DNA of 63,604 nucleotides, filler included, from Octopus bimaculoides (taxonomy: Eukaryota), in NCBI RefSeq assembly GCF_001194135.2. It is 6 parts of 6 records of this genome, joined end to end, with 100 filler letters (N's around TTAATTAATTAA, not from the genome) between each part and the next. Parts side by side here need not be neighbours in the genome. Positions count along the whole stretch, not along the records: positions 1 to 22,738 come from NC_068983.1; positions 22,839 to 40,760 come from NC_068999.1; 4 more parts are not named here. The stretch is one strand, 5' to 3'. A program made the position numbers and the translations under genes. Position 1 is the first letter of the stretch; every line of letters begins with the position of its first letter. Below are positions 11,930 to 25,262 of the stretch, piece by piece. The notes beneath the pieces are model-generated. The model was not told the origin of the DNA, ran no database searches, and saw only the letters and a list, made by a program, of their open reading frames with translations.

Positions 11930-12750
11930 ATGTTGCAGGCTGCACGTGGAAAATCTTATGTTAAACCAATGAAGAATTAAAGGTGAAGTCTTTTACTTAT
12001 CTGGGAAGTGTGTTGTGAGATGATGCAAGTTTGAAGAGATCTTGTACAGAATGAAGAAGGCTTCAACAGATCTTGGAAATCTGGAAAGCAGACTTTGGTC
12101 ACAATACTGGATAAGATTAGGCACAAATTATCCACCTACAAAATGAATGTGCTTACAACTTTATTGTATGTTCGTGAAACGTGGATAATCTATAAACACC
12201 AAGTTAAGACGCTCGAATGGTTTCACCAACGCTGTTTGAGATATATGCTTAATATGAAGTGGACATACCCTGGATAGCGATGTTCTAGAGAAAGCTCTAA
12301 TGAATAGCATTGGAGCCATTATTGTTCGGAGTGTTTTAACGGGAAGTGAATATTTTGTTCATATGAGAATTCCAAAGCAACTGTTTTATGGGGAATTGAA
12401 GCAAGGAAAGAGGAAAAGCTCAAAACCAAAACAGCGGAACAAAGAATCTCCTATTAAATGAACTTGAAGAAATGTGCTATTTATGTTGAGAAATGGGAAG
12501 AACAAGTTGTTAACTGGGAAAAATGGAGGAAAACAATCTTTGAAGGTGTAGCAAAAGTTGCGAACAAAAGCAATGTGGAAGAATCTGTCTTTGTTTTGCT
12601 GGTTTCAAGACCCAAATGACAGGACATGATGATATGAAGCAGGTACAGCATCCCCAGCAACGTAGTTTGAAATGCAACATGTGTAGCAAAGCGACGAGGT
12701 CGAAAGCTGGTATGATGAGTCTTTTACGAAGTCACGCAACGAAAGAGGCT
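11930..12750 (+). mobile_element. RTE-clade LINE, RT C-terminal relic
   Basis: FTYLGSV...RMKKAS...LWS...TTLLYVRETWIIYKHQVKTLEWFHQRCLRYMLNMKW plus degenerate zinc finger CNMC...RSH at ~12673-12735; frameshifts and stops. Confidence 0.85.
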
Positions 12751-13532
12751 CAAAAAGAAGGGTTTGGTACTAAAGCATTTGTAAAACGTTGACATCTTCT
12801 TTGGCATTCACTTGCGTCTAGCACTTCTTCCTGTGCAGGCTCTATCCTGACGAAAATCTTTTTATGATTTCCCTCTTCGAAAGCATTTTCTCTGTTTGTC
12901 TCTGTACTCTGTACTCTGTCCATGTTTTAGCACCAGTCTTGTGTCTTTGCCCTGTTTGTTTTCAGTCGTAAACTTTGTTTTGGTTTGTTTGAACCCGGAC
13001 GTTTTCTAGATGAGTAGAACCAGCCTTTTCCAAGTGACGAAATCGTATTGACTCTGGATAAAATGCTGGCTGATGATATGATGTGTTTACCTATGTCGTC
13101 TTTTGTTTTTATATATAAACGTCCTTCACCACTTCACCATTGTTTTGTTTTACATACATACATGTACGCATACTTACATACATACATATATACATACATG
13201 TATATATATGCATATATATATATATAATATACATGTATACATACATTTATATATACATACGTGTATATATACACATATAAATTCATTTCATACATAATAC
13301 ATGAATATGTGTGTGTATGTATATGTATATATATTTATTTATGTATGTGTGTATGAACGCCTGCGAGTCTATATTCGCTTTATTTATTGAGGTCTACTCC
13401 ATTTTAAAAACAAAACCTACACATACAACAACACACACACACACACACATTCTCTCTCTCTCTCAGTTTTAATATTATGCTATATCGATTAGATGTTGCT
13501 TATAGTTAATAGTGAAATTACTCTCACACACA

Positions 13533-13576
<44 letters not shown>

Positions 13577-14900
13577 CACACACACACACACACACGAATA
13601 TCGCTGGTTGTTTCGCTGTTTGCTGCGCTGAATCATCTTCCCTTGCACACTTGTCAACAACTTGTTTGCCAACAACTGATCCCTTCTTAATCCACTTTCA
13701 GAAAATAGACAACTCGTCTTTTATACACAAGCAGATATTCACATACATAATCACACAAGCATATGTAGAAACTCACGCTCTCATACACACATATGCACAC
13801 ACAAGAACGTTGCCTAGGCAACAATCCACTGACTTGTCATCGGTCGAAAGCTATCTTTCTGAAATGATATGTAATACTAAGGTTCATGAGAGTTCGATTT
13901 TTCTTGGTCTTTTCAGCAAAGAATACGTAGACACAAACATGTAAGGAAGACAGTACATGCAATAACAACATGATTAATGCTGTTAGCTCAAGGAAACACT
14001 TGGTAGATTGCTGGACAAAATATATTTGGATATTTACTGATATTTCGTTATATTCTATATTCAAAGGATATCAGGAACGATCTTTACCCTTCAGCTAATA
14101 GCATTTTTTTTTAATGCAGTCGATTGAAATAAGTAACATTATTATCAATATTGAGGAGTGACTGAAGTTATATAAAGTTGCAGTAAGTGTTAGAGTAAAT
14201 TATGATACCCTAAAGTGCACGCGCATATGTATATATATATAAAGTTACTTGGAAGTGAATGTGTGGTGTTCACACACACGCACACACACACACACATGCA
14301 TATACGGGTACAGGACATCACCATCAGTAAACAACAATATTCATATATTCATACATATACACATACATGTGCGTGCAAGTATGAATATATATATATATAT
14401 ANNNNNNNNNNNNNNNNNNNNNNNNNNNNNNNNNNNNNNNNNNNNNNNNNNNNNNNNNNNNNNNNNNNNNNNNNNNNNNNNNNNNNNNNNNNNNNNNNNN
14501 NNNNNNNNNNNNNNNNNNNNNNNNNNNNNNNNNNNNNNNNNNNNNNNNNNNNNNNNNNNNNNNNNNNNNNNNNNNNNNNNNATATATATATATATATACG
14601 TCCTGTTGTTTGTATGTGTAATTGTGTACCATTTCTCCGTTTTTTTCCATCCTTGTTTTTGTATACATTCACTTGCTTTCTTCCAAGGAATCTAGTGCTC
14701 TTAGCTTAGATTTTTCTTGGAGCCGGCCAGATTGGAGCACTCTCGAGTGCAACCGGCCAAAACTGCTAAGATAATCTGGTACTCGACTGATCCATCCTTG
14801 TTTTCTCCTGTCCTTTTTTGTATCGTCCAACTGTCTGGATGCTTTGTTGTCACCTGTTACGTTCTTGATCCATTTTTGTTTTCTTTTTTATATACACACA

Positions 14901-14932
<32 letters not shown>

Positions 14933-14942
14933 CACACATACA

Positions 14943-14997
<55 letters not shown>

Positions 14998-15039
14998 GAT
15001 ATGTATTAGAATACAAGAGAGAACGGAATAAGTGTATTT

Positions 15040-16115
15040 GGAATAATGACAAGAAGTATGTTAACATATAGAATTGTATTACCATGTAATTGATTAGAAG
15101 AGATATGTACAACAGACCATAAGAAGATGTATAAAAATTTCTTACGATCGTTTCATAATTATGTAATTTATCTGAATGAAACCGAAATGATAATCATATT
15201 GAAGCTGCATAACCCTTCTTCAGACACATAAAAGGAAGAAAACTGTTCATAAAAGTTTATCCGTGTTTATGAGAATTAATTAATCCATAGTGGTATAGAT
15301 AGGAGTCATACAAATTCTGTATAAATTTCTATATAGTAATCCGACTAGGTTTTGAGAGATTTTCATTATAGTAATCCAGTATAGTTTTTCATAGCAAATT
15401 GTAAATGTTAAAAGGATATATACAAAGAATGTGAATATATGCTATTATTAATATTGGTATGATAATAATTGAGGTAAGAGCAAGAGGTATAAATAGTATT
15501 TATTTGTTAAGGTATTGTTATGCGAATATGGTTGGTTGGCACTCCGTCGCTTACGACGACGAGGGTTCCAGCTGATCCGATCAACGGAACAGCCTGCTCG
15601 TGAAATTTACGTGCAAGTGGCTGAGCACTCCACAGACACGTGTACCCTTAACGTAGTTCTCAGGGATATTCAGCGTGACACAGAGTGTGACAAGGCTGGG
15701 GGTGGTGGCGAACCCTGCTGTACTCTCTCACCACAACTTTCTCTCACTCTTACTTCCTATTTCTGTTGTGTCTGTAAATCAAAGGTCCAGCCTTGTCACA
15801 CTCGTGGAGCTTTACGTGTTTTCGGTCAATAAACACTCACAACGCCCGGTCTGGGAATCGAAACCGCGATCCTATGATCGCGAATCCGCTGCCCTAACCA
15901 CTGGGCCATTGCGCCACCACTATGCAAATATAATTCTTGTTAAATAGGTGACTTAGTGGAGAATAGATTTGTGGATAGTGTCTAAATGTCGAGTAATTAT
16001 CCATTGGAAGAGTGGAAGTTCAAATGTCATGGGAGTAAAACCGAAACATTTATTTAGTGGGCAGGTAGTATCTAGTGAATGTATAGTATCTGATTCAAGA
16101 CATATTAATAGGAAA
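15040..16115 (-). mobile_element. Possible decayed Penelope-like element (GIY-YIG region), interrupted by a SINE
   Basis: Minus fragments DTTCPLNKC and TICYEKLY resemble the PLE motifs CxCx4CPL and CxxCxxEK; heavily degenerate. Confidence 0.4.
15536..15915 (-). mobile_element. tRNA-headed SINE family D with an internal IR-bounded segment
   Basis: Minus head GGCGCAATGGCCCAGTGGTTAGG (A box)...GGTTTCGATTCCC (B box); the 3' part recurs at 44735-44893. Confidence 0.85.
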
Positions 16116-17621
16116 TATATATATATATATATANNNNNNNNNNNNNNNNNNNNNNNNNNNNNNNNNNNNNNNNNNNNNNNNNNNNNNNNNNNNNNNNNNN
16201 NNNNNNNNNNNNNNNNNNNNNNNNNNNNNNNNNNNNNNNNNNNNNNNNNNNNNNNNNNNNNNNNNNNNNNNNNNNNNNNNNNNNNNNNNNNNNNNNNNNN
16301 NNNNNNNNNNNNNNNNNNNNNNNNNNNNNNNNNNNNNNNNNNNNNNNNNNNNNNNNNNNNNNNNNNNNNNNNNNNNNNNNNNNNNNNNNNNNNNNNNNNN
16401 NNNNNNNNNNNNNNNNNNNNNNNNNNNNNNNNNNNNNNNNNNNNNNNNNNNNNNNNNNNNNNNNNNNNNNNNNNNNNNNNNNNNNNNNNNNNNNNNNNNN
16501 NNNNNNNNNNNNNNNNNNNNNNNNNNNNNNNNNNNNNNNNNNNNNNNNNNNNNNNNNNNNNNNNNNNNNNNNNNNNNNNNNNNNNNNNNNNNNNNNNNNN
16601 NNNNNNNNNNNNNNNNNNNNNNNNNNNNNNNNNNNNNNNNNNNNNNNNNNNNNNNNNNNNNNNNNNNNNNNNNNNNNNNNNNNNNNNNNNNNNNNNNNNN
16701 NNNNNNNNNNNNNNNNNNNNNNNNNNNNNNNNNNNNNNNNNNNNNNNNNNNNNNNNNNNNNNNNNNNNNNNNNNNNNNNNNNNNNNNNNNNNNNNNNNNN
16801 NNNNNNNNNNNNNNNNNNNNNNNNNNNNNNNNNNNNNNNNNNNNNNNNNNNNNNNNNNNNNNNNNNNNNNNNNNNNNNNNNNNNNNNNNNNNNNNNNNNN
16901 NNNNNNNNNNNNNNNNNNNNNNNNNNNNNNNNNNNNNNNNNNNNNNNNNNNNNNNNNNNNNNNNNNNNNNNNNNNNNNNNNNNNNNNNNNNNNNNNNNNN
17001 NNNNNNNNNNNNNNNNNNNNNNNNNNNNNNNNNNNNNNNNNNNNNNNNNNNNNNNNNNNNNNNNNNNNNNNNNNNNNNNNNNNNNNNNNNNNNNNNNNNN
17101 NNNNNNNNNNNNNNNTGATATTATCTTTATCGTATGATATTTACTTTGTATTATATTATACTTATTTATTGTGCTTTTAATTATTAATTTTTCTATATGT
17201 GAAAGTGGATTTTCATCGATGAGTTCATGAACCTTGGTTCTTTTCCCTAAAACTATATATATATATATACATATATGAAAAAAAAAAATGAATAGAAATA
17301 GCTTTTCAGATAATTTTCCCACTTTAATAAATAAATGTTTACAAATTTACAAAAGGTGACACTGATTGGAGTTTCTCCCTTGAAAGCAGTTTTCTAACTG
17401 TTTGAAATTATTAAAATGGAAAAATTATCAGAAAAGCCAATTCTATTCATTTTTGCAAATATATAACACTGTACGAAAGATTTTCTATTTCTTTTTCTTA
17501 TTCTACTTTATACATACATTACATATATACACCTGAATTTACTTCACCGAATCCGGTTGGTTTCTAAAACGGCAAAAAAGGAACAGGTAAGTTTTGAAGT
17601 CAAAACGTAAAACTTTAAAAA

Positions 17622-18012
17622 GGCGCAGGAGTGGCTGTGTAGTAGGAAGCTTACTTCCCAACCACTTGGTTCCGGGTTCAGTCCCACTGCGTGGCACCCT
17701 CACCAAGTGTCTTCTACTATAGCCTCGGGCTGACTAAAGTCTTGTGAGTGGATTTGGTAGACGGAAACTAAAAAAAACCGTCGAATATATATATATGCAT
17801 GCATGCATGTATATGTATGTGTGTGTGGTTGTCCTCCATCATATCTTGACAACCGATGTTGGTGTGTTTACGTCCCCGTAACTTAGCGGTTCGGCATACG
17901 AGACCGATAAAATAAGTACTAGGCTTACAAAGAATAAGTCCTGGGGTCGATTCGTTCGACTAAAAGCGGTGCTCCAGCACGGCCGTAGTCAAATGACTGA
18001 AACAAATAAGAA
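17622..18012 (+). mobile_element. SINE family B, full length
   Basis: Head ggcgcaggagtggctgtg...gggttcagtccc, central (TA)/(TG) tract, 3' end ggtgctccagcacggccg.agtcaaatgactgaaac; several other copies in the window. Confidence 0.9.
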
Positions 18013-18028
18013 AATATAAGAATATTGT

Positions 18029-18190
18029 AGGTACAAGACCGGAAATGCTGAGAGATGAATCGATTCCAACGCTGAACGGACACTTATTTTAATAACCCGA
18101 AAGGATAAACAACAAAGTGGACTTCGTCGGTGTTTGAACTGAGAGTAAAACCGGAGTATTTCGTGTGTCACTGTAGCGTTTCTGCCATTC
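18029..18190 (-). mobile_element. SINE family A, degenerate
   Basis: ccgaaaggataaac...ttgaactgagag...ttctgcca resemble the reverse complement of family A. Confidence 0.55.
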
Positions 18191-18439
18191 CAGCGCTCTC
18201 TAGTTGTGACTGAATTTAATAACAATAAAATGTATAAACATAGTGTTTCTAACGTCAGAGAAGAGATATGAATTCGCGATAAATAAATGGAGAGGTTGTC
18301 ATTACAAAAACCACTTAGCAAATAGAACTGTTTGCTTGGATTGGGAGGGGAATAGGAAATAAATAAATAAATAAAAATTAATACAAACAAACAAAAAGAT
18401 AACAACATGGAACATAAACCACAAAGAAGACATTTATTT

Positions 18440-18565
18440 TAATGAATAATAATAATGATAATGATAATAATAATGACGATGATGATGATGGTGATGCTGA
18501 TAATAGTGATGATGATGATGATGATGATGATGATGCTGCTGCTGCCGATGATAATGATTATTATG

Positions 18566-18637
<72 letters not shown>

Positions 18638-19563
18638 GTAATAATAATAATAATAGTAATGACAACAAAAAACAAGATAATCCGGATGTCTATTCTGATT
18701 CTCAAAATCTCGATCCCTCCACCCCACCACCATCGCCACCCTTTCTATAATTCTTTGACTTGAACGAACGCGAACTTTATTGAAAAGTTAAACAGATGAA
18801 ATCATCATCATCATCGTGAAACTCNNNNNNNNNNNNNNNNNNNNNNNNNNNNNNNNNNNNNNNNNNNNNNNNCGACGACGACGACGACCACCACCACCGT
18901 CATCATTATCATCATCATCATTATCACCATCACTACTTCCACCACCATCACAACCACGACGACCACTACCATCATCACCATTATCGTCGCCGCCACGACG
19001 ACGACGACGACGACGACGAAAACCACCACCACCACCACCACCAGTAATTATAATAATTACCTCAATAAAGAAACAATGTCGTTCCTTGAGATGGAAATCT
19101 TCCTTCACTAAATCTTATATTAATTGCAAGTTGGCAGAATTGTCAAAATGGTCTTTTTTTGTTGTCTTTTAATCTGTTTTGTTTTGCTTTCTTGAATCAA
19201 TGTTAAGAATGACAGCCGGGAAAGCAACTTGTTTTAATAAAGTACAGCTGAGGCAGGAATTTCAGACAGAAATAGAATAGAAATTCGAAATGAAACAGAA
19301 TTAAAATAAAAATAAAAATTTAAAATTACTGAACCATTCTATTTATCATCACCATCATCATCATCATCATCATCATCAACAACAACAAAATCCTCATCCT
19401 CCTTCTCATCATCATCTTTATAGTCGTCGTCGTTGTCATCATCACCACCACCACCACTACTGCCACCACCTCTGCCACCAGCACCACCACCATCATCATC
19501 GTCGTCATCAACAACAGTGACAAAATCCTATTCCTCCTCCTCCTCATCGTCGTCGTCGTCACC

Positions 19564-19594
<31 letters not shown>

Positions 19595-19801
19595 ACGCCA
19601 CCACTACCACCATTATCATCTTTGTCATTATCATCATCACCACCACCACCACCATCGTCATTATCATTATCATCGCTGTCATCGTCATCATCGTTATCAA
19701 CCTCGTTATCATCATTGTTGTCAACGTCTCCACCACCACCACCTGTGTCACCCCATCATCATCGTCTTCATCTCAGTTATCATCATCATCACCATCATCA
19801 C

Positions 19802-19851
<50 letters not shown>

Positions 19852-20583
19852 CCACCACCACCACCACCGCCATCATCATCACCATCATCATCATCGTCAT
19901 CATCACCACCACTACCACCACCATCACCCCCCCTTCTTACCATCACCTCCACAATTATGGAAAACAACATGGACAGCAACGCTAACAACAAGAATAGCAG
20001 CAGCAGCAATTTTGAAAATCGAACCATACAAGTCATATGATTGGAAACAATGGAACTAAACAACGGAATTGAAACAAGTAAAAGAAGCCGAACCAAACAG
20101 GAATCCTAAAGAAATGATGTCAGCCATTTTATGAAATGGCGGCGGCAGCGGTAAGTTTGAAGTTTCTTAACGGAGAGAAGACGACGGAGAAGAAGACGAC
20201 GGAGAAGAAGACGACGGAGAAGAAGACGTTGTAGGCAAAATACTAGGAAAGTTTAGAAAATAAAACGTAAAAAAAGGAAAAATAAATAAATAAATATATG
20301 AATGATAATAAAAAATAAAAAAAAGAAAATATGGAAAAGAAAGTGAATAAAAGAATCGGCGAATTCTTTAAGTGTGTTTCTAGAAGTATTTTAATAGCTT
20401 CAAAAGTGAACTCGCTAAGCCAAAGGCATTTAGAGATAGTGGCAAGAAATTAGTCCGGAAGTAGGCAAGTTCGGCAATAACAACCATGTTCATGATGATG
20501 ATGATGGTGATGGTGATGGTGGTGATGGTGATGGTGTTGGTGATGACGACGGTGATGATGATGATGATGATGATGATGATGAC

Positions 20584-20617
<34 letters not shown>

Positions 20618-20657
20618 GTAATAATAATAATATAATAATAATAATAATAAGGATAAC

Positions 20658-20728
<71 letters not shown>

Positions 20729-20890
20729 TAATAACAACAAGCGCAACAATGATGATGATGGTGACGGTGATGATGATTATTATGACAATAATGATGATAA
20801 TGATTATAATGAGGATAAAAACAACGGTAGCAATGATGATGATGATGATGATTGAAATAATAATAATTATTATTAATGTTATTATTGTTA

Positions 20891-20957
<67 letters not shown>

Positions 20958-21377
20958 ACTATACTAGTAATAAAAACTACTACTACAACAGCCGTAAGGG
21001 TAATATGAGTGGCAGGAGCCAGGTGGAGCTGTAGAATAATATCGTTAAGAAAGAAAGTTTTGATTTTTCTCTCAAAATTAGCAAAACAAGGGAAATGAAT
21101 TGGGGGAAAAAAATAAGAAAAGAAAACAAAAAGAATAATAATGCACAAAGAATTAGTCGTCTTTTGTGCTTTGTTTTTTAGTTAAATACCAATAATGGTA
21201 GCATCGTCGTCGTCATCGTCATTGTCATCGTCACGACGACAACGGCGACGACTACCATCACCACCACCACCAACACCACCACCACCATCATCACCACCAC
21301 CATCATCACCATCATCATCATCATCATCATCATCGTCATCATCATCATCATCATCATCATCGTCATCATCGTCATCG

Positions 21378-21413
<36 letters not shown>

Positions 21414-21445
21414 GCGGCAGCAACAGCAGCAGTAGTAGCAGCAAA
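18440..21445. repeat. Domain of compound trinucleotide tracts (AAT/GAT/GGT alternating with ATT/CAT/CAC)
   Basis: Direct inspection; source of the poly-N/D/H/S/P pseudo-ORFs. Confidence 0.95.
20171..20228. repeat. 15-bp tandem repeat CGGAGAAGAAGACGA, ~4 copies
   Basis: First unit has a 1-nt deletion; last unit is 1 nt short. Confidence 0.9.
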
Positions 21446-21839
21446 TATATAGAGATTCTGTTGGAATAACGTCATAAAAACAAGAAGAATAAGAACAAGC
21501 AAAGTCTAATTCTTTCCAACAAGCTGTGTTGTTACAACCAAACACGAGTAAGTCTTTCTAGGAATTACGGCAAAAATATTATTTTTCTGTTTCAAAAAAA
21601 CCCCACAAAAAACCAGAAAAGCAAAAAAATAAAAATAAAAGAAAGAAATTCTTTGAAAACGTAAGAGGGGAGGAAAAACCAAGAAAAAAGTATTTTTTGG
21701 AGATAAGAAAATGGTTGCAGTTGTTGTTGTCGTCGTCAATAAAAGTACTTGTGGAATAACCAGAAACAACAACAGAAAAGAAAAATTACGGTAATAATGT
21801 CATAGGTAACAACCGCTACCAACAATAATGACAACATCT

Positions 21840-21951
21840 TCCGGCACTTGCTGTTCTGGGTTCGGTTTCCACTGAGATCGACTTTACCTCACACCCTTTC
21901 GGGGTCGATGAAATAAATACCAGTTCAGGCTTTGTGCCTATAGCAGAAAAG

Positions 21952-21952
<1 letters not shown>
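21840..21952 (+). mobile_element. SINE family A, partial; followed by (ATT)n 21953-22131
   Basis: gatcgacttt...cctttcggggtcgat...ggctttgtgcctatagcagaaaagattatt. Confidence 0.7.
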
Positions 21953-21995
<43 letters not shown>

Positions 21996-22033
21996 GTATT
22001 ATTATTATTAAGTATTATTATTATTATTATTAT

Positions 22034-22110
<77 letters not shown>

Positions 22111-22159
22111 ATTATTATTATTATTATTATTGTTACTCCTTCGTAATACNNNNNNNNNN

Positions 22160-22660
22160 ATACAGTGTAGGTAAAAATGCACCGGAGTCTTTAGTCATCT
22201 GTCAGGTTATAACAAGGATCTCAGACAGATAATACTTTCCTTAAGATGTGTGCTGTGCCCAATAAGTGTGAAAGGAATACACAGGACGTTACCATCAGGA
22301 GAGACCATGGGTGAACTCGACGTAGTGGGTATAAATATACCTGAATGCGAAAATTTGATTACTGCAATGAATATCTGGGCAGTTGTGGTGGTCAGATAAA
22401 GGTTGAATAAAGGTTGTCTAAGGATGATGAACGAAACACCCATGTTTCCAGAGGTGAGTTATTCAAACCCCAAAGAATTCCTTTCAACACATGGCTATGT
22501 GCACATATCGTCAGCCACTAAGGGACATGCTCAACTGGTTAAGGTCAAACAACTGACGAGCAAATCTGTGCTATTGAGCAGAATATTTGCTGTAGCCCAT
22601 TTTTTATAACAAGACAAAATGTTGTAACCCATCTTTTATATCTGCTGTAGCCCATCTTTT
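22160..22660 (-). mobile_element. Chimeric element: family C segment joined to an R4/Dong ORF terminus and a third 3'UTR
   Basis: 22400-22620 is homologous to family C; 22221-22266 minus = LLGTAHILRKVLSV*; 22160-22220 is a putative 3'UTR toward the (ATT)n tract. Confidence 0.7.
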
Positions 22661-22715
22661 ATACCTTATCCTCATCCTCATCATCATCATCATCATTATT
22701 ATTATTATTATTATT

Positions 22716-22738
22716 CAGTAGTTTTATTTTTATAACGT
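22716..22738 (-). mobile_element. R4/Dong lineage A extreme 3' end (rest in gap)
   Basis: cagtagttttatttttataacgt is identical to 7831-7853 and preceded by (ATT)n. Confidence 0.75.
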
Positions 22739-22782
22739 NNNNNNNNNNNNNNNNNNNNNNNNNNNNNNNNNNNNNNNNNNNN

Positions 22783-22794
22783 TTAATTAATTAA
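22783..22794. other. Assembly artefact: TTAATTAATTAA six-frame stop cassette inside a 100-bp gap (also 40805-40816, 54936-54947, 59927-59938, 62546-62557)
   Basis: Identical 12-mer centred in N runs five times (44 N + 12 + 44 N at this site). Confidence 0.95.
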
Positions 22795-22838
22795 NNNNNN
22801 NNNNNNNNNNNNNNNNNNNNNNNNNNNNNNNNNNNNNN

Positions 22839-22917
<79 letters not shown>

Positions 22918-23458
22918 TGGCTCTATATGTTTGCATACACACACACACACTCATACACACACACACTCATACACACACACACACACTCATACACACATAC
23001 ACTCATACACACACACACTCATACACACACACATACATATATAAGTTTATACCGTTCATTTGAAAGAGAAGCGCGGAAGACAGTAACCCCTCAGCGGTAT
23101 CCTTCGTCATCTCTGATCTTCTGTCGGTGACTGCCTCGCTACAAGTGTTAATCTAGTTTATAATTAATCTCACACCTTAATTTCTCTGTCGTATAAATAC
23201 TGTTGCTGTTTACTTGTTTATTTGGTTTCGGTTCCAAAATAAACATGTAAAATTGTTTGAGTAAAGAATCTTAGGAGATAATTTATTAAATTTTAATTAG
23301 ATACATGTACACATACACACTCACATACACACGGAACACACGTAGAACACACACACACACACAACCACTACACAAAAACTGTATACATGTAGCTGAAGAT
23401 GCATACATAAATATATAAATACATACGTATATATGTGTGAGTGTGTATCTCTATGCCT

Positions 23459-23526
<68 letters not shown>

Positions 23527-23749
23527 TCCAGACAGATAGCCTCCATACGCACATGTGTATGTATGTGTGTAGAGAGAGAAGTTCAAAAGAGAGATGAACT
23601 GATAACCATGGAGATACATTTATATTCCTTTTACACATAGATAAAAACATCTACATCTACATCTATATATAAAAACATATATATCTACATTCCACAAGCA
23701 CATACACACACACACACACACACACACTTTATATATAAATATATATATC

Positions 23750-23818
<69 letters not shown>

Positions 23819-24349
23819 TGTGTGTGTGTGTTTTTGTGTGTGTGTGTCTGTGTGTGTGTGTGTGTGTAAACCTATCAACGTTACTTTGTATCTTGTTGGC
23901 TTTCAACTCTCCAAGAACAGGTTGTTGTAATGAAACTCTATTCATACACAGAATTAATTAATTCCTTCGTTCTATGCAGAATTAAGATTGCAATATGTCT
24001 GTGTATATGTGTGTGTGTGTATGTCTGTGTGTGCATGTGTGTGTGTGTGTGTATGCGTGTGAGTTTTGTGAGCAGTTGTTTATTTGTGTGGCGGGCGGGG
24101 GGGGGGAACATGACGGGAAAAGCTTTTGCAGTAAAAATCTTATTCAGATAGCCTCTTTTGTCGTTAGTGCACAATGACATGCGACTGTGTTTGTGTGTGT
24201 GTGTGTGTATGTGTGTGTATACTTATGGTGTCGTATTAGTTTCTGTTCTGTTATACCAGAGTATCATCGTGGAATTTTGTCAAACTTATCATCAGTGGAG
24301 ATATCTTCGTGAACTTTTGAGAAGCTCTGCGAATGTGCACACCACTGGA

Positions 24350-25020
24350 TACGAGGTGGTACTCAAAAGAAACCGGAACTTTACAATATTCTTTTTATTC
24401 ACTTAGTTTTCACTTTGATCACCTCTAAGTATTCTCCATTTGAAGCTATGCAGCGGTCCAGACACGTTTTCCACTATTCGAAGCAGTCTTGGAACACTTG
24501 CGAAGTGATGCCTATCAACTCCTACGTTGTTTATTCCCCACCCCCACCCCGCTTCACCTCTTACATATCTGCAAAACGTTTTCCTTTAAGGACTTTTTAA
24601 ATTCGGGGGAACAGAAAAAGTCGCAGGGACCAAGATCGGGTGAATAGGGAGTCAAGCCATTTTCGATCAAAAACTGTCTTACCCTCAAGGCGGTGTGCGC
24701 AGGCGCATTGTTGTGATGGAATCACTACTCTCCACTTCGGGGCATTTTCATGTCACTGCGTCTCGCTAAAACTTCAGAACTGTCAACTAAAATGTCTGAT
24801 TAACAGTTTGGCCAGAAGGAACAAATTCTGCGCGGACAATTCTTTCGCATCGATAAAAGAAATCGGCATCGTTTTGACATTGGTCTTCACTTCACGCGCT
24901 TTTTGTGGACGTGGTGACATCGAATTGATTTAATTGCTGCTTCGTTTCCGGGTCGAAGGCGTAGCACCAGCTTTTGTTTCTGCTATAAGGTGCAATGCCG
25001 TCATAGTTAAAGTGCTTCCA
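24350..25020 (-). mobile_element. Mariner transposon relic, 3' part with TIR
   Basis: TA-CGAGGTGGTACTCAAAAGAAACCGGAAC terminus at 24350; minus FQDCFE*WKTCLDRCIASNGEYLE matches the mariner C-terminus. Inner boundary approximate. Confidence 0.85.
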
Positions 25021-25171
25021 TATCAACATATAGCATCGTCAGAACTTCAAAAATGAAGTGCAATTTCATTTGGAGAAGCATTTATATGTGGAAAACATCA
25101 CCGAAAGGAAAAAAATATATGAAAGGTAGTATAGATTTTGAACGGTAGAAATATGTAGATTTAGATAATTT

Positions 25172-25262
<91 letters not shown>

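Noticed and set aside
15830-15915. tRNA genes at the SINE heads
   Set aside because: A/B boxes are present, but they continue into multicopy SINE bodies and I could not fold a full cloverleaf.
19433-20059. 208-aa Ser/Pro/His-rich ORF as a real low-complexity protein
   Set aside because: It lies wholly in decayed CAT/CAC repeats, has no domain, and has equally long pseudo-ORFs on the other strand.
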